NCBI GenBank assembly: GCA_038217285.1
Contig: JBBQPO010000021.1
Span: forward strand, 1 to 35,549
DNA: 35,549 bases
Reading direction: 5' to 3'
From: Chthonomonadales bacterium
GTDB taxonomy: Bacteria; Armatimonadota; Chthonomonadetes; Chthonomonadales; Chthonomonadaceae
Part shown: positions 19,184-26,386 of the stretch, piece by piece
How positions within the stretch are numbered: position 1 is the stretch's first letter
Layout of the letters: the number at the start of each line of letters is the position of its first letter
Notes under the pieces: generated by a model
Databases searched by the model: none
Seen by the model: the letters and a program-made list of their open reading frames with translations, nothing else
Told to the model about the DNA's origin: nothing
Program-made: the position numbers and the translations under genes

Positions 19184-19378
19184 CTATCCGCCGCCCGGGG
19201 TTGTGCCTTGTTTGATATTCTGAGGCTGCCCGGTGGCATCCGGTTTGGTGTCAGAGCCGGCGGGCAAGAATTTCTCTTCCGGCTTCCCGCCGCACGCCGT
19301 CAGAACATTCAAAAGCAGGCCGACCATGAGGAGCAGCCGCCCTCTGCGTAGAGGCTGTCGTAAAAAGGAGGAACGCAT
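19184..19378 (-). CDS. Small lipoprotein accompanying the DUF1559 gene
   Basis: Basic N-region, hydrophobic core, lipobox LTA-C, short polar tail; start codon uncertain. Confidence 0.65.
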   Translation of the reverse strand: MRSSFLRQPLRRGRLLLMVGLLLNVLTACGGKPEEKFLPAGSDTKPDATGQPQNIKQGTTPGGG

Positions 19379-19471
19379 CTGCCATACTCTCCTGCGGCGC
19401 AAAGCCGCACTGTGTCGCTCGTCCTGAACGACGGAAACAGTGAGACGTTCGGGACGAAGAGTGTGCCTCGA

Positions 19472-20356
19472 TTACGGCGAGAGCCGCCGATCCCACATCG
19501 ACCACTCGACCAGATTGCCGCGTGTGGAGTAGGTCTGTTTATACTTCTTCCATTTGGAATGCCCGTCACAGAATATGCAGTTCAGACCACCCTGGTGAAA
19601 CGCTGTCTCCATCGTGGGTCTCCCTGTAGAGCGAACGAGCGCACTTTCGGCGGCGACTTGAACGTTCAGACCTGGTACGATCGAGGGGAGGTAGTGCGCG
19701 CCGCCCGTATCGGGACAGGCTCCGCCGACGCCGCCGTTGAGGTCGGAGAGGAAGTCGTTGCAGTTGCGCAGATGCACGGCGCTGGGATAGCAGAACGACG
19801 CGGTATCGTACCGTTCGAACGCCATGATCATGCCGGCAGGTTTGTCGATCTCCGCGAAGGATGCCCCCCAGTTACTGCTCATCACGCCGCCAGGCGCCGG
19901 TCCAACCGGCAAGCTCTCCAGGGGTCCCGCCACAACGGCGATGCTGCGGTCGTGGCGGTCCCGCAGTTTGCCGCCCACACTGGTCAGGACGCCTGCCGGA
20001 CACCAAGCCGCCCACGATGTGCCGTCGATGTCGGCCGCAGTCGTGTCCGACGGACACGCCAGGACGGCTATGTTCTTCAGATAGGGATAGATCAACACGG
20101 GCCAGGGATTGGTGCGTGTCCCGCTGTCGTTGGCACTGAAGGCCTGACGCGACATCGGAAATTTTTCGTCGTAGTCCTGCGCATACATCATAAAGCCCAG
20201 ACCCACCTGCCGTTCATTGCTCAGGCACTGGGTGGCGCGCGCAGTATCGCGCGCCAGCGCAAAGTCGGGGTACTCGCTAGCAGCAAGTATCGCGGTGATC
20301 GCGATGACTACCAGAAGCTCTATCAGCGTAAAACCTCTTCTTCCGTGAGTGTACAT
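19472..20356 (-). CDS. Prepilin-type N-terminal cleavage / DUF1559 / H-X9-DG protein
   Basis: RRG|FTLIELLVVIAI, CLSNERQVGLGFMMYAQDYDE and FHQGGLNCIFCDGHSKW motifs; AGGAGGT RBS. Confidence 0.9.
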   Translation of the reverse strand: MYTHGRRGFTLIELLVVIAITAILAASEYPDFALARDTARATQCLSNERQVGLGFMMYAQDYDEKFPMSRQAFSANDSGTRTNPWPVLIYPYLKNIAVLACPSDTTAADIDGTSWAAWCPAGVLTSVGGKLRDRHDRSIAVVAGPLESLPVGPAPGGVMSSNWGASFAEIDKPAGMIMAFERYDTASFCYPSAVHLRNCNDFLSDLNGGVGGACPDTGGAHYLPSIVPGLNVQVAAESALVRSTGRPTMETAFHQGGLNCIFCDGHSKWKKYKQTYSTRGNLVEWSMWDRRLSP

Positions 20357-20721
20357 ACCTACCTCCTAAGAATCGACAAAGAAAGGCGGGTCTCCCTCCC
20401 GAAAAAGGAGTGAGACAGGTGGACAGGAGAGCGTAGTCAACGGAACGGAGATTTCGCGAGGAGGGGAGAGCCATACAGAAACAGTTCCTGTACGGGGCAG
20501 GGCGAATGAGAGGAGGATCGCCGGCTGCCTGTAAACCCGCCTTTGGGTTCCGTCATTTTCATGTTCTCTTGCCTATCGTCCCTCGAAGGGGACGACATCT
20601 ATAGAAACGGAGAGCGCTGCTCATCCGGATTTCTTCAAAACAGAGGGCAATTGATCGTGCAGGAAGAACAGGCCTGCTTCTCCTCAAATAGGGAGTCGAA
20701 TCACTAACCTGTATCATTGGC

Positions 20722-20751
20722 AGTATAACGTAGCGGCTGCCCATTTGTCAA
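20722..20751 (-). promoter_or_regulatory. sigma70 promoter for the DUF1559 gene (implies a ~360-nt leader)
   Basis: TTGACA (20751-20746), N18, TATACT (20727-20722), with an AT-rich upstream element. Confidence 0.65.
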
Positions 20752-20794
20752 TAAATATTTTCGCCCGGTTTAACGGTGGTTCGTCCAGATTTTG

Positions 20795-21688
20795 TCAGGA
20801 AGGAGTAACCGGGTTTTCGAAGGCGGCGGAGATGCGGACGAACTCTTCGAGGCTGAGGGTTTCGCCTCGGCGGGTGCCATCGATACCGGCGCGGGCAAGA
20901 AGCGCCTCGGCGCGTTCACGGTCGTTGACGGTGAAGCCGAGGTCGTAGGAGGCGGGAGCGCGCATGAGGGCGTTTAAGAGGGTTTTGCGGCGTTGGCCAA
21001 ATGCGGCACGGATGAGGTGGAACATACGCTCTTCGTTCTCGACGGCTACGGTTCCCGGTAGGACAGGGTCGAGTGCGAGGATGGCGGACGTGACTTCCGG
21101 GGAGGGCAGGAAGACGGTGGGAGGCACGATGCCGCAGAGCTCCACCTTCGCATGATACTGCACGTAGAGCGACATCGACCCGCAGGCGTCGGAGCCGGCT
21201 TTGGCCACGGCGCGTTGCGCGAACTCGTTCTGTACGAGCAGCACTATGCGCTTGATAAAGCGTTTGTTGGTCAGTAGGATTTCGAGAAGAGGCGAGGTGA
21301 TGTAGTAGGGGATGTTGGCGACGACGACGCCCTGACGATCCCCGAACGCGGTCGTGAACAGCGCTTCCAGGTCCAGCTTTAAGAAGTCGGCATAGACGAC
21401 GGTCACATTGGGAGAGTCTCGGAGCGTTTCGGTGAGGATCGGTTCGAGGTGGAGGTCGATCTCGACGGCAGTGACGGAGGCGGCAGCGCGGGAGAGGGCA
21501 AGGGTCAAACCTCCTAGTCCGGGGCCGATTTCCACGACAGGATCGTCGGGCGAGAGGTTCGCCGCCCGAACGATCTTGTCGAGAATGTTGCGGTCACAGA
21601 GGAAGTTCTGTCCGAGCCGCTTCTGGGCGCGGATTCCGTGCTCCCGGAGGAGGTCGCTGGCCTGTTTGGGTGAAGTAGGGTCAATCAT
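20795..21688 (-). CDS. rsmA: 16S rRNA m6,2A dimethyltransferase RsmA/KsgA
   Basis: KRLGQNFL, VEIGPGLG, VVANIPYYITSP, AFGQRRKTLLN and RGETLSLEEF motifs. Confidence 0.97.
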   Translation of the reverse strand: MIDPTSPKQASDLLREHGIRAQKRLGQNFLCDRNILDKIVRAANLSPDDPVVEIGPGLGGLTLALSRAAASVTAVEIDLHLEPILTETLRDSPNVTVVYADFLKLDLEALFTTAFGDRQGVVVANIPYYITSPLLEILLTNKRFIKRIVLLVQNEFAQRAVAKAGSDACGSMSLYVQYHAKVELCGIVPPTVFLPSPEVTSAILALDPVLPGTVAVENEERMFHLIRAAFGQRRKTLLNALMRAPASYDLGFTVNDRERAEALLARAGIDGTRRGETLSLEEFVRISAAFENPVTPS

Positions 21689-21737
21689 AAGAGGTGCGAA
21701 GAACGACCGCGTAAATGCCGCGCTTCGCTCCTCCTCC

Positions 21738-22442
21738 CTAATCCAGAATGTGGACGCGCACGGCCTTCATGTTCTGAACGCCCTTTGCGTCGTGCTGAGA
21801 ATCGATGCCGAGGTCGATCCGGTTACCCTTGATCGCACCGCCTGTGTCGGCGGCGACCGCGTAACCGTAGCCCTCGATGAACAGTCGGGTGCCCAGCGGC
21901 ACGAAACGCGGGTCGACAGCTACGACACCATAGCCGCCTTTCAACCCCGTAAACGTGCGCCCTGACCCGGATCCGCCGCAGTGGTACGGATCGTAGGTGG
22001 TGGCGACCATGGTCACCAACCGCCTCCCGGAAAAATATCCTCGCGAGGGCAGCGAGACTTGACGGCCCTCTTCGATGATCTCCGGTTTGGTATGCTTGAG
22101 AATGCGTGTATGAATGACTTCCCGGCGGAGTTCGATGCCATCGGGTCGTGTGTAGACCTGATAGGTGGACTCTTTTTCGCCGGTCGTGCCGTTCTGTACG
22201 GTGCGACTTGTACCGCTACGCAGTTGGGACGTCGCCTTCCTTAAGGTGGTATAAGGAATCGGCTCACGCAGAACGAGTTTCCTTGCGGAGGCGGCGGTCG
22301 AGGCCGCTTCTGAAGAACTTGGACTACGCTGGCTGTCCGGAGCCTGGGGCGAACCGAGCAGAGGATGCGCCAGAATCATAAGGCTGATTCCAGCTCCCCC
22401 TGCGAGGAGAAGCCGCAGACGGACAGTGGATGCGAGGGACAA
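21738..22442 (-). CDS. G5 + 3D domain cell-wall muralytic protein (YabE/SpsB-like), TTG start
   Basis: N-terminal signal/TM, G5 (EPIPY..VQNGTTG..PEIIEEG), 3D domain (MVATTY, VAVDPRFVPLGT, AADTGGAIKGNRIDL); upstream of rsmA as in yabE/rpfB-ksgA loci. Confidence 0.9.
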   Translation of the reverse strand: MSLASTVRLRLLLAGGAGISLMILAHPLLGSPQAPDSQRSPSSSEAASTAASARKLVLREPIPYTTLRKATSQLRSGTSRTVQNGTTGEKESTYQVYTRPDGIELRREVIHTRILKHTKPEIIEEGRQVSLPSRGYFSGRRLVTMVATTYDPYHCGGSGSGRTFTGLKGGYGVVAVDPRFVPLGTRLFIEGYGYAVAADTGGAIKGNRIDLGIDSQHDAKGVQNMKAVRVHILD

Positions 22443-22569
22443 ATTGTCCTCCTTTCCATTCCGACTTAGACACCGATCGGATGCCTGTTTGGTTGAAGAA
22501 CCTCCAGTGACTGCTTTGCAAAGGCCAGCGCAAACGGTTCGCAGGCGAGTTCCCTGACGAACGGAGGGC

Positions 22570-22599
22570 AGTCTATCACATATATCGCAGGGCTGTCAA
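22570..22599 (-). promoter_or_regulatory. sigma70 promoter for G5/3D-rsmA
   Basis: TTGACA (22599-22594), 18-nt spacer ending TGA, TAGACT (22575-22570). Confidence 0.6.
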
Positions 22600-22718
22600 G
22601 TCGCAAGAAGTAGACAAAAATACGCTTATATGTAACTCTCTGTTACTTGTTGCCGCTGTTTACAACTCCCCGACAGGCAAAAAAAAGTCAAGAAAAGTCA
22701 AAATGGTACATGTTAGCA

Positions 22719-22747
22719 TTGACACTAGTCTACTATAATGGTATAAT
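22719..22747 (+). promoter_or_regulatory. Perfect-consensus sigma70 promoter with extended -10
   Basis: TTGACA (22719-22724), 17-nt spacer ending TGG, TATAAT (22742-22747). Confidence 0.8.
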
Positions 22748-22863
22748 AGGCGTAATGCAGAAGCAGCAGACAGCCTCAAGAATTGACTTTTCGGCCTCGA
22801 ATGCGCGGTGTTGGAGGCCATTCTGGGCGCGCTCCTGCAGGAGACGTGCCAGGGAGATTTTGC

Positions 22864-23556
22864 ATGAAAAAGGAATTCATCGTCGAGCGACAGGGGCGGG
22901 CTTTCGTGCTGTACGCGGGACTGTTGGATCTGGCGCATCAGAACGGCCTCAAATCTATTCGAACCGAACTGATTCAGGTTCCCGACGAGAACAACTATCG
23001 GGTCGCCATCTGCCTCGCGACGGTCGTGCTCGAAAAAGAAGGGGTGGAGCGCACCTTCACCGGCATAGGGGATGCAGCGCCCAATAATGTCGCGCCTATC
23101 ATGCTCACCTGCCTCATCCGTATGGCGGAAACCAGAGCCAAGGCCCGGGCCTTGCGCGACTCGGTCAACGTAGGGGTGACGGCGTTTGAAGAGCTTGGCG
23201 AAGAGGACGCGGTCGATGGCGCTCCCGAACGCGGCTATTCCGTTCCCATGGCCCGACCGACGCGGCCGGAACGACCTGCGGCGCTCCGTATCGCCAACGG
23301 CAGTGTACCAGCCCGTCCGACCGGCGCGCGGTCTGCCTCCAATAGCACCGATCCAAAAGCGACGTCGACCGGTCTGCGGACCGAAGCGCAGGCCGATGCG
23401 ATCCGCAGCCTCTGCCGTCGGGGAGATCGAGACGCCGATGCACTCGCGCGACAACGGTTCGGGATCGAGGGGCTGGACGCGCTGAACCAGGTTCAGGCCA
23501 GCGAGCTGATCCGTGCTCTGAATGATCGAAACACGGTGCGGTCCGCCGCCTCGTGA
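22864..23556 (+). CDS. Hypothetical protein resembling Rad52/Sak-like single-strand annealing proteins
   Basis: VLYAGLLDLAH..FTGIGDA..RMAETRAKARALRD..EEL core, a low-complexity linker and a small helical C-domain (TEAQADAI..QASELIRAL); GGGAG RBS. Family call is by resemblance only. Confidence 0.55.
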   Translation: MKKEFIVERQGRAFVLYAGLLDLAHQNGLKSIRTELIQVPDENNYRVAICLATVVLEKEGVERTFTGIGDAAPNNVAPIMLTCLIRMAETRAKARALRDSVNVGVTAFEELGEEDAVDGAPERGYSVPMARPTRPERPAALRIANGSVPARPTGARSASNSTDPKATSTGLRTEAQADAIRSLCRRGDRDADALARQRFGIEGLDALNQVQASELIRALNDRNTVRSAAS

Positions 23557-23572
23557 GAGGAAGGCTGACGAA

Positions 23573-23614
23573 GCAAAGTCCCCGCCGGAAATCGACTTCC
23601 GGCAGGGATTTTGC
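23573..23614. terminator. Bidirectional terminator hairpin between convergent genes
   Basis: GCAAAGTCCC-C-GCCGGAA / TTCCGGC-A-GGGATTTTGC. Confidence 0.75.
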
Positions 23615-23701
23615 GTTTGTGGCCGTTGCGTGTCTACGCATGGCTCTTTGTTGAACTTGAAGCTGCGGAGAAGAGATCGTCGATGGAGACATCACGGGCA
23701 A

Positions 23702-24565
23702 TCACAGCGGTACCACGTGGTAGTCGTAGGCGGTGGTCTCCTGAAAGCCGCACGCCTCGTAGAGTGCGAGGGCCTGACGGTTGTCGGTGGCGACATCCAG
23801 CGCGAAGTGTGTCACTCCCTCCGCCAACAACTGCCGGACGGTTGTGGCCAGCAGCTGGCGACCATACCCGTGCCGCCGCCATTCCGGGGCGATACCGACC
23901 CCACGAATGTAGACGCTCTGGTTCTCCACGATAACACCGATCTGGCCGATCACCGTATTTCCCAGCTTTGCCAGAAAATAGCGCTTGTTCGCGCTCTCCA
24001 ACTCTCGAAGCAGCGAATCCTCCCCCCGCCCCCCCGATTCACCAAAGCTTATGGCCAGCAGTTGCGAAAGCAGGGAGACGTTCGCGGCATCGACCGTCTC
24101 TAAGGTCAACCGGTTTGCGGCCAGGGGCGGAATGGTGTCCACGGACGCTTCCATGCGGTATTCGGAGGATTTATAGGGCAGGCCGAGCCGCTGAACCACC
24201 GCAGTGCCGTCCGGGGAAGCCGGGTAACTGACCAGAAGAAGCTCCCGCGCCTGACAGTCGCGCGCTGCCTGGCAGGCGGCCGAGTATAGCGCGTGGAACA
24301 CGCCCCGGTTTCGATAGGACGGCAGGACTGCGGCGGTTACCTCGAATGTTCCTCCCATGCCATCCAATGGTGCGTAACCGATCAGACGCCCCTGCTCATA
24401 AAAACAGAAGTCGCTCTCATAAGAGCCGTTCCGCTCCTGCATCATGCCCCAGTTGAATTTGATCTGGATGTTTTCGGCGCGGTTGCAGGTCTCCTCCAGC
24501 GCTTCTATCTGCACGTAGTCCGTCTCTTCCAGGGTCCGTTTGCTCAACAATCCTGTCAGCGTCAA
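23702..24565 (-). CDS. Tandem-domain GNAT N-acetyltransferase, TTG start
   Basis: Two acetyl-CoA motifs (VLPSYRNRGVF; IAPEWRRHGYG) and NRQALALYEACGF; GAAAGGA RBS. Confidence 0.9.
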   Translation of the reverse strand: MTLTGLLSKRTLEETDYVQIEALEETCNRAENIQIKFNWGMMQERNGSYESDFCFYEQGRLIGYAPLDGMGGTFEVTAAVLPSYRNRGVFHALYSAACQAARDCQARELLLVSYPASPDGTAVVQRLGLPYKSSEYRMEASVDTIPPLAANRLTLETVDAANVSLLSQLLAISFGESGGRGEDSLLRELESANKRYFLAKLGNTVIGQIGVIVENQSVYIRGVGIAPEWRRHGYGRQLLATTVRQLLAEGVTHFALDVATDNRQALALYEACGFQETTAYDYHVVPL

Positions 24566-24600
24566 ATGTTCTTCCTTTCCTGTTGCCCGGTCCGCTCTCT

Positions 24601-24645
24601 CTACGTCACGTCAACGCTTACTGTGCGGTGGTATCGGACAATCAT
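24601..24645 (-). CDS. Candidate 14-aa leader peptide MIVRYHRTVSVDVT upstream of the GNAT
   Basis: AAAGGAAGGGGG immediately before GTG-ATG; stop lies 35 nt before the GNAT start. Confidence 0.4.
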   Translation of the reverse strand: MIVRYHRTVSVDVT

Positions 24646-24871
24646 CACCCCCTTCCTTTACCGCTTCGGGCAACGTAAACACTAAGGCAACTCCCAAGAA
24701 TTACCGCTCCACATTCGGGCCCCTTCTGACCTCAAACGAGGCGGAATTGTGGAGCGATAATAGTTTGGCGGCTCCTAAACTCCCAGCACAATTATGACGC
24801 CGGTATCCGTGTTTTGTGCCGACAGTGTCATAACTGGCCACAAATCCTGTTTTCAAGGCAGCCTGACGTAA

Positions 24872-24909
24872 CAAAATCCCCGCAGGAAGCGATTCCTACG
24901 GGGATTTTG
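24872..24909 (-). terminator. Terminator hairpin after the repeat-protein gene
   Basis: CAAAATCCCCG-CAGGAA / TTCCTA-CGGGGATTTTG. Confidence 0.75.
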
Positions 24910-24929
24910 CGTGTGCATCGAAAGCGCGT

Positions 24930-26207
24930 CTATTTGTTGAAAGCGAAGCTCCGGACGAGTTTTTCCAGGATGGGACGTCTGCCGTTGAAGTGCGCCGCCG
25001 CGCTCCGGGCGCTCACGACATAGGAACGTCCGTTGCGAACAAAGACCAGGACTACGGAGGCGGTCTGCGTACCGGGATGGCTCAGGTCTATTCCGGTGAA
25101 GGTCAGAAGCTTGGCCGGAACCGAGTTGACAGTCAAGTCGACCGGTTCCGCGAGTTTAGCGTTCTGATAGTGACCATAGACATCTTCGCTGATCTTGTTC
25201 AGAACCTCGTCCGCCGTGTTTTTGGTGGGAATAATGGCGACGGCCAGGCGCTCGACGCTGTCATCCTCCTGTTGAAAATAGTTTAAGCCGTCGCTGCCTT
25301 CTGCGGCAGTCGGGACGCTATCATGTTTCCACCCATTCAGGATGCTGAGTTGCCAACCGTGTGGGTCCCGATAGGCCTTCATGGGCGGATAGACACCACT
25401 CCATACCTCGGCGTAGGTGGTGTACTGCACATGTTTCAGGATCATCTCCTGAGGAGCCACTGCAGCCTTCGGTTCTGCAGCCTTGGGATCGACAAGCTTA
25501 GGATCCACAGCTTTTGGATCGACAACCTTGGGATCCGCCGCTTTCGTATCCACAGCTTTTGGATCTTTAGGCGCTGTTACAGGCGGGTCTGCAGGCTTCG
25601 GCGGCACGACTTTGGGATCGACGGCTTTGGGATCGATGGCCTTCTGATCTGCAGCCTTGGGATCCGCGACTTTAGGGGCAGCGACTTTGGGATCTGCGAC
25701 TTTAGGATCTATGGCCTTAGGTTCCGCGACCTTCGGATCGGTGGCCTTTGGCGGCGCGACTTTAGGATCGACGACTTTAGGATCGACGGCCTTAGGTTCC
25801 GCAGCCTTCGGTTCCGCAGCCTTCGGGTCCGCCGCTCTCGGATCTGCAGGCTTCGGCGGCGCGACTTTGGGATCAACGGCTTTCGGATCCGCAACCTTGG
25901 GATCGACGACTTTGGGTACTTCGACCTTCGGAGCCGGAATCTTGTACCAGACATCGAACGTATACTTGGTGGTGGCTCGTGGGGTATCCGAGATGGAACT
26001 CTTTCCCGTAACCACAACGCCCTTTCCAAATCGTCCCCCGGAGAGCAGGACTTTTTCGCCGGTAAAGTACCACTTCAGGGTAATGGGCTTCCCAGGGGTG
26101 ACGAATGGCGGCTCCACCGCGACTGCATCCGCTGCGCGGGCCTCTCTAATGCAAAAGAAGGAAACCAGGGCGAATCCAGCCAGAAGAAACATGGCGGTTC
26201 TACGCAT
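24930..26207 (-). CDS. Secreted protein: Ig-like N-domain, xxDPK pentapeptide tract, PsbP/DcrB-like C-domain
   Basis: Signal peptide ending ARA-A; PGKPITLKW..TTKYTF; YRDPHGWQLSILNGW..RSYVVS..KLVRSFAF pattern; GAGGAG RBS. Confidence 0.75.
   Translation of the reverse strand: MRRTAMFLLAGFALVSFFCIREARAADAVAVEPPFVTPGKPITLKWYFTGEKVLLSGGRFGKGVVVTGKSSISDTPRATTKYTFDVWYKIPAPKVEVPKVVDPKVADPKAVDPKVAPPKPADPRAADPKAAEPKAAEPKAVDPKVVDPKVAPPKATDPKVAEPKAIDPKVADPKVAAPKVADPKAADQKAIDPKAVDPKVVPPKPADPPVTAPKDPKAVDTKAADPKVVDPKAVDPKLVDPKAAEPKAAVAPQEMILKHVQYTTYAEVWSGVYPPMKAYRDPHGWQLSILNGWKHDSVPTAAEGSDGLNYFQQEDDSVERLAVAIIPTKNTADEVLNKISEDVYGHYQNAKLAEPVDLTVNSVPAKLLTFTGIDLSHPGTQTASVVLVFVRNGRSYVVSARSAAAHFNGRRPILEKLVRSFAFNK
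25467..25940 (-). repeat. 15-bp coding tandem repeat: 31 full (A/V)(A/V/I)(D/E/P)PK-type units plus one DPK
   Basis: 474 nt = 158 aa from IPAPK to AAEPK, counted by hand. Confidence 0.95.
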
Positions 26208-26386
26208 TTTTTTCGCTCCTCAAAAATAGATGGTTGGGTACGGCTCGCCGTCGGGGGAAGATCAGATTACGCCTCTAATCAGGCGGTTCACTCTTCTTAG
26301 ACTCCTACGTTCGCAAGATGTGACAGTTTTCCCTGCCCGCGCATAAACCGATTTTCATACCGTGCAGGCAAATCAACTGTGAAACG

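Noticed and set aside
22443..22565. c-di-AMP (ydaO) riboswitch expected upstream of a 3D-domain gene
   Set aside because: The ~120-nt leader lacks the conserved GCTGAA, GGGGAA and GGTGAA-type blocks by eye; an Rfam scan would settle it.
25323..26300. Plus-strand ORFs with GSATL/GIDGF repeats; also considered as a CRISPR array
   Set aside because: They are antisense of the xxDPK tract; the 15-bp units are contiguous, with no spacers or cas genes.
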